Part shown: positions 61,645 through 64,000 of the stretch, one piece after another
Numbering within the stretch: the stretch's first letter is position 1
How the letters are laid out: every line of letters begins with the position of its first letter
From: Pseudovirgaria hyperparasitica
Lineage: Eukaryota
Assembly (NCBI GenBank): GCA_010093815.1
Contig: ML996583.1
Direction: 5' to 3' (one strand)
Length of the DNA stretch: 64,000 nt
Notes under the pieces: model-generated
What the model saw: only the letters and a program-made list of their open reading frames with translations
Told to the model about the DNA's origin: nothing
Databases searched by the model: none
Made by a program: the position numbers and the translations under genes

Positions 61645-63696
61645 ATGGCTGCACAAGCAATAAGTCAAGGGTCCCTCAGGTAAGTCTTTCAGACGACCAA
61701 GGCTCATTCATCTAATCGAGTGGACAGGGCCATCTTTGAAGGAACGCCATCAGCAAATCCAATTCTACAATGCGTACAAATCAAGGCTATGGAGAACAAG
61801 TCTGGAGAAGGCGAAAGATATCGCATCGTTCTCTCTGACATCTCCAACTTTATTCAAACAATGATGGCAACCCGTAAGTCGCACAGGTCGCATTGTGTTG
61901 ATCAGGCTGACATGCTGCAGAGTCAAATCACATCGTGACAGACGGTGGACTCAAGAAGGGCTCCATCGTCCGGCTGACAGGCTATAACCCACAGATTGTA
62001 AAGGGCAAGAAGTATGGAACTCAGAACCAGTCTTCGAGATATAGAATGCTGATCATAGCAGAATTCTCATCATTCTTGACCTCGAAGTTCTTGAAGAGTA
62101 TGGTGAAGTCGACAAGATTGGCGAGCCTGTAGCTCTTGATCCCAAGCCTGGCGAGCAAGTTGAAGCCAAAGCACAACCCAGCGCGATATCTGGTACAAAC
62201 TTTTACGGTAACAAGCCAGCCCAACCACCCGTACAGCAACAGCAGCAACCACAGCGATCTTTACCTTCTCATCCGTCTGGGCCTGCGGCAGGCGGGAACA
62301 CGAACTTATACCCTATCGAGGCACTGTCGCCGTATGCACACAAGTGGACAATCAAAGCTCGATGCACACACAAGTCAGATATCAAGCATTGGCACAAAAA
62401 GACTGGTGAAGGGAAGCTCTTCAGCGTCAACCTCCTAGATGACAGTGGCGAGATCAAGGCTACTGGTTTCAATGAGCAATGCGACGCTCTCTATGATGTC
62501 TTTCAAGAAGGTGGCGTCTACTTCATTTCCAGCCCTTGCAGGGTGAACCTGGCAAAGAAGCAATTCTCGAACCTCAACAACGACTATGAGCTAAGCTTCG
62601 AGAGAGACACTGCTGTAGAGAAGGCTCAAGAGCAAAGTGATGTGCCACAAGTCAGATTCAATTTTACCAGCATTGGAGATCTTGAGTCGGTCGAAAAGGA
62701 AACCACAATCGATACTATCGGAGTCTTAAAGGATGTTGGCGAGGTCAGCGAGATTGTGTCCAAGACTACGAACAAGCCTTACAACAAACGCGAGATTACA
62801 CTGGTGGATAATTCCCTGCGATCGGTTCGTATGACGTTATGGAATCAGAGCGCCATCCAGTTCGAGGTGCCGCTTGAGTCGGTGATTGCCTTCAAAGGTG
62901 TCAAGGTCTCTGATTTCGGTGGTCGAAGCTTGAGTCTGCTAGCCTCTGGAACCATGAAGGTGGACCCTGATATTGATGAAGCACACAAGCTTAAGGGGTG
63001 GTACGATGCCCAAGGTCGTCAAGACAACTTCCAATCGCACGCTTCTACGATGGGCGCAGGTTCCGGAGGTAACCGTAACGAGTACAAGACAATCGCTCAA
63101 GTCGCTGAAGAGGGCATCGGCATGAACTCGGAGAAAGCTGAGTACTTCAATCTCAAGGCAACCGTTCTCTATGTCCGGAGTGAGAATTTCGCATATCCGG
63201 CATGCTCATCAGGGGACTGTAACAAGAAGGTTGTTGAAGTCGAAGAGAACGAGTGGCGATGTGAGAAGTGCGACAAGTCATTCCCCAAGCCCAACTATCG
63301 TTACGTCCTGAGCTTCAATGTCAGCGATCATACCGGTCAGATGTGGCTGAGCGGTTTCGATGATGCTGGGCGATTGATCATGGGCATGGATGCGAACGAA
63401 CTTATGGAAATCAAGAATGAAGACGAATCGAAAGTAGCCGAATTGTTACAGGATGCCACGTGCAAGACATACAATTTCAGTGTCCGAGCTAGGATGGACA
63501 CATATAATGATCAGCAACGGTGAGTCTCGAATTTACACATCTGCAATGATTCCGAATGGATGGAGACTAATAGTCATCTAGAGTGAGGCATCAGGTCCAA
63601 ACCGCCAGCTCGCTCGACTTCCCCCGTGAGTGTAGTAGGCTCGCAGACATTCTGAAGCAGTACAACCTGAATTCAGACAGCCTTTTTGTCAATTAG
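61645..63696 (+). CDS. RFA1: replication protein A 70-kDa subunit; join(61645..61679,61728..61873,61921..62011,62062..63519,63582..63696)
   Basis: ERYRIVLSDI, PIEALSPYAHKWTIKAR, GEGKLFSVNLLDDSGEIKAT, KVSDFGGRSLS and zinc finger YPAC..CNKKV..CEKC. Confidence 0.98.
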
Positions 63697-64000
63697 GATG
63701 TACAGAACTGACGGGACAAATTCACGGCTATCATGGCATATTAGCGTTATTTGCGACGTGTTTGAGAGTAACAGGACGACCTGTAGCGAAATACTTCATC
63801 AGCAGACAGGAGTTGCTAAGCAGGCAATATTCCTGGTACGTACAACAAACTCCCTACATACAGAGGCACTACAGTGACTCTTCCTGATTGCAAGCGGAAA
63901 TGGCATTCCTTATTTAGAATGATGACCAAGATCCGGCTTGCACTGCATATGCTCCTGTCCAATGTCGTTCCGTGACATATTCCTGAGGGCGTCTCGGATG

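Overview
Eukaryotic genomic DNA from a filamentous ascomycete (Pezizomycotina; Dothideomycete-like by my impression only). Genes carry short GT-AG introns with CTAAC/CTGAC-type branch sites. I reconstructed 20 protein-coding genes by hand, mostly conserved housekeeping loci: a Pro/Gln-rich hypothetical protein, a CYP52-clan P450, a Crh-type GH16, PRO2, GDH2, a YPR011C-like mitochondrial carrier, a MARVEL-like membrane protein, ADE2, RPL18, LTN1/RKR1, RAD3/XPD, a NIPA Mg2+ transporter, COG4, an orphan, RSM18, CIA84, UBC4, a BRCT protein, a dienelactone hydrolase and RFA1. I found no tRNA, rRNA, transposon, CRISPR array or biosynthetic cluster, and no clear-cut new multi-gene system. The most notable unexplained signals are: (i) a long structured intron in the mitochondrial carrier gene; (ii) recurrent C-rich to G-rich strand-skew switches in gene 3' ends, often next to microsatellite islands between convergent genes; (iii) a GH16 intron that could toggle between two hydrophobic C-termini; (iv) a possible splice-created uORF overlapping a start codon (ATGA); (v) candidate cis-elements (Gcn4/CpcA, MCB, Puf). 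There is a 10-N assembly gap inside a (GAA)n tract at 53614-53623.
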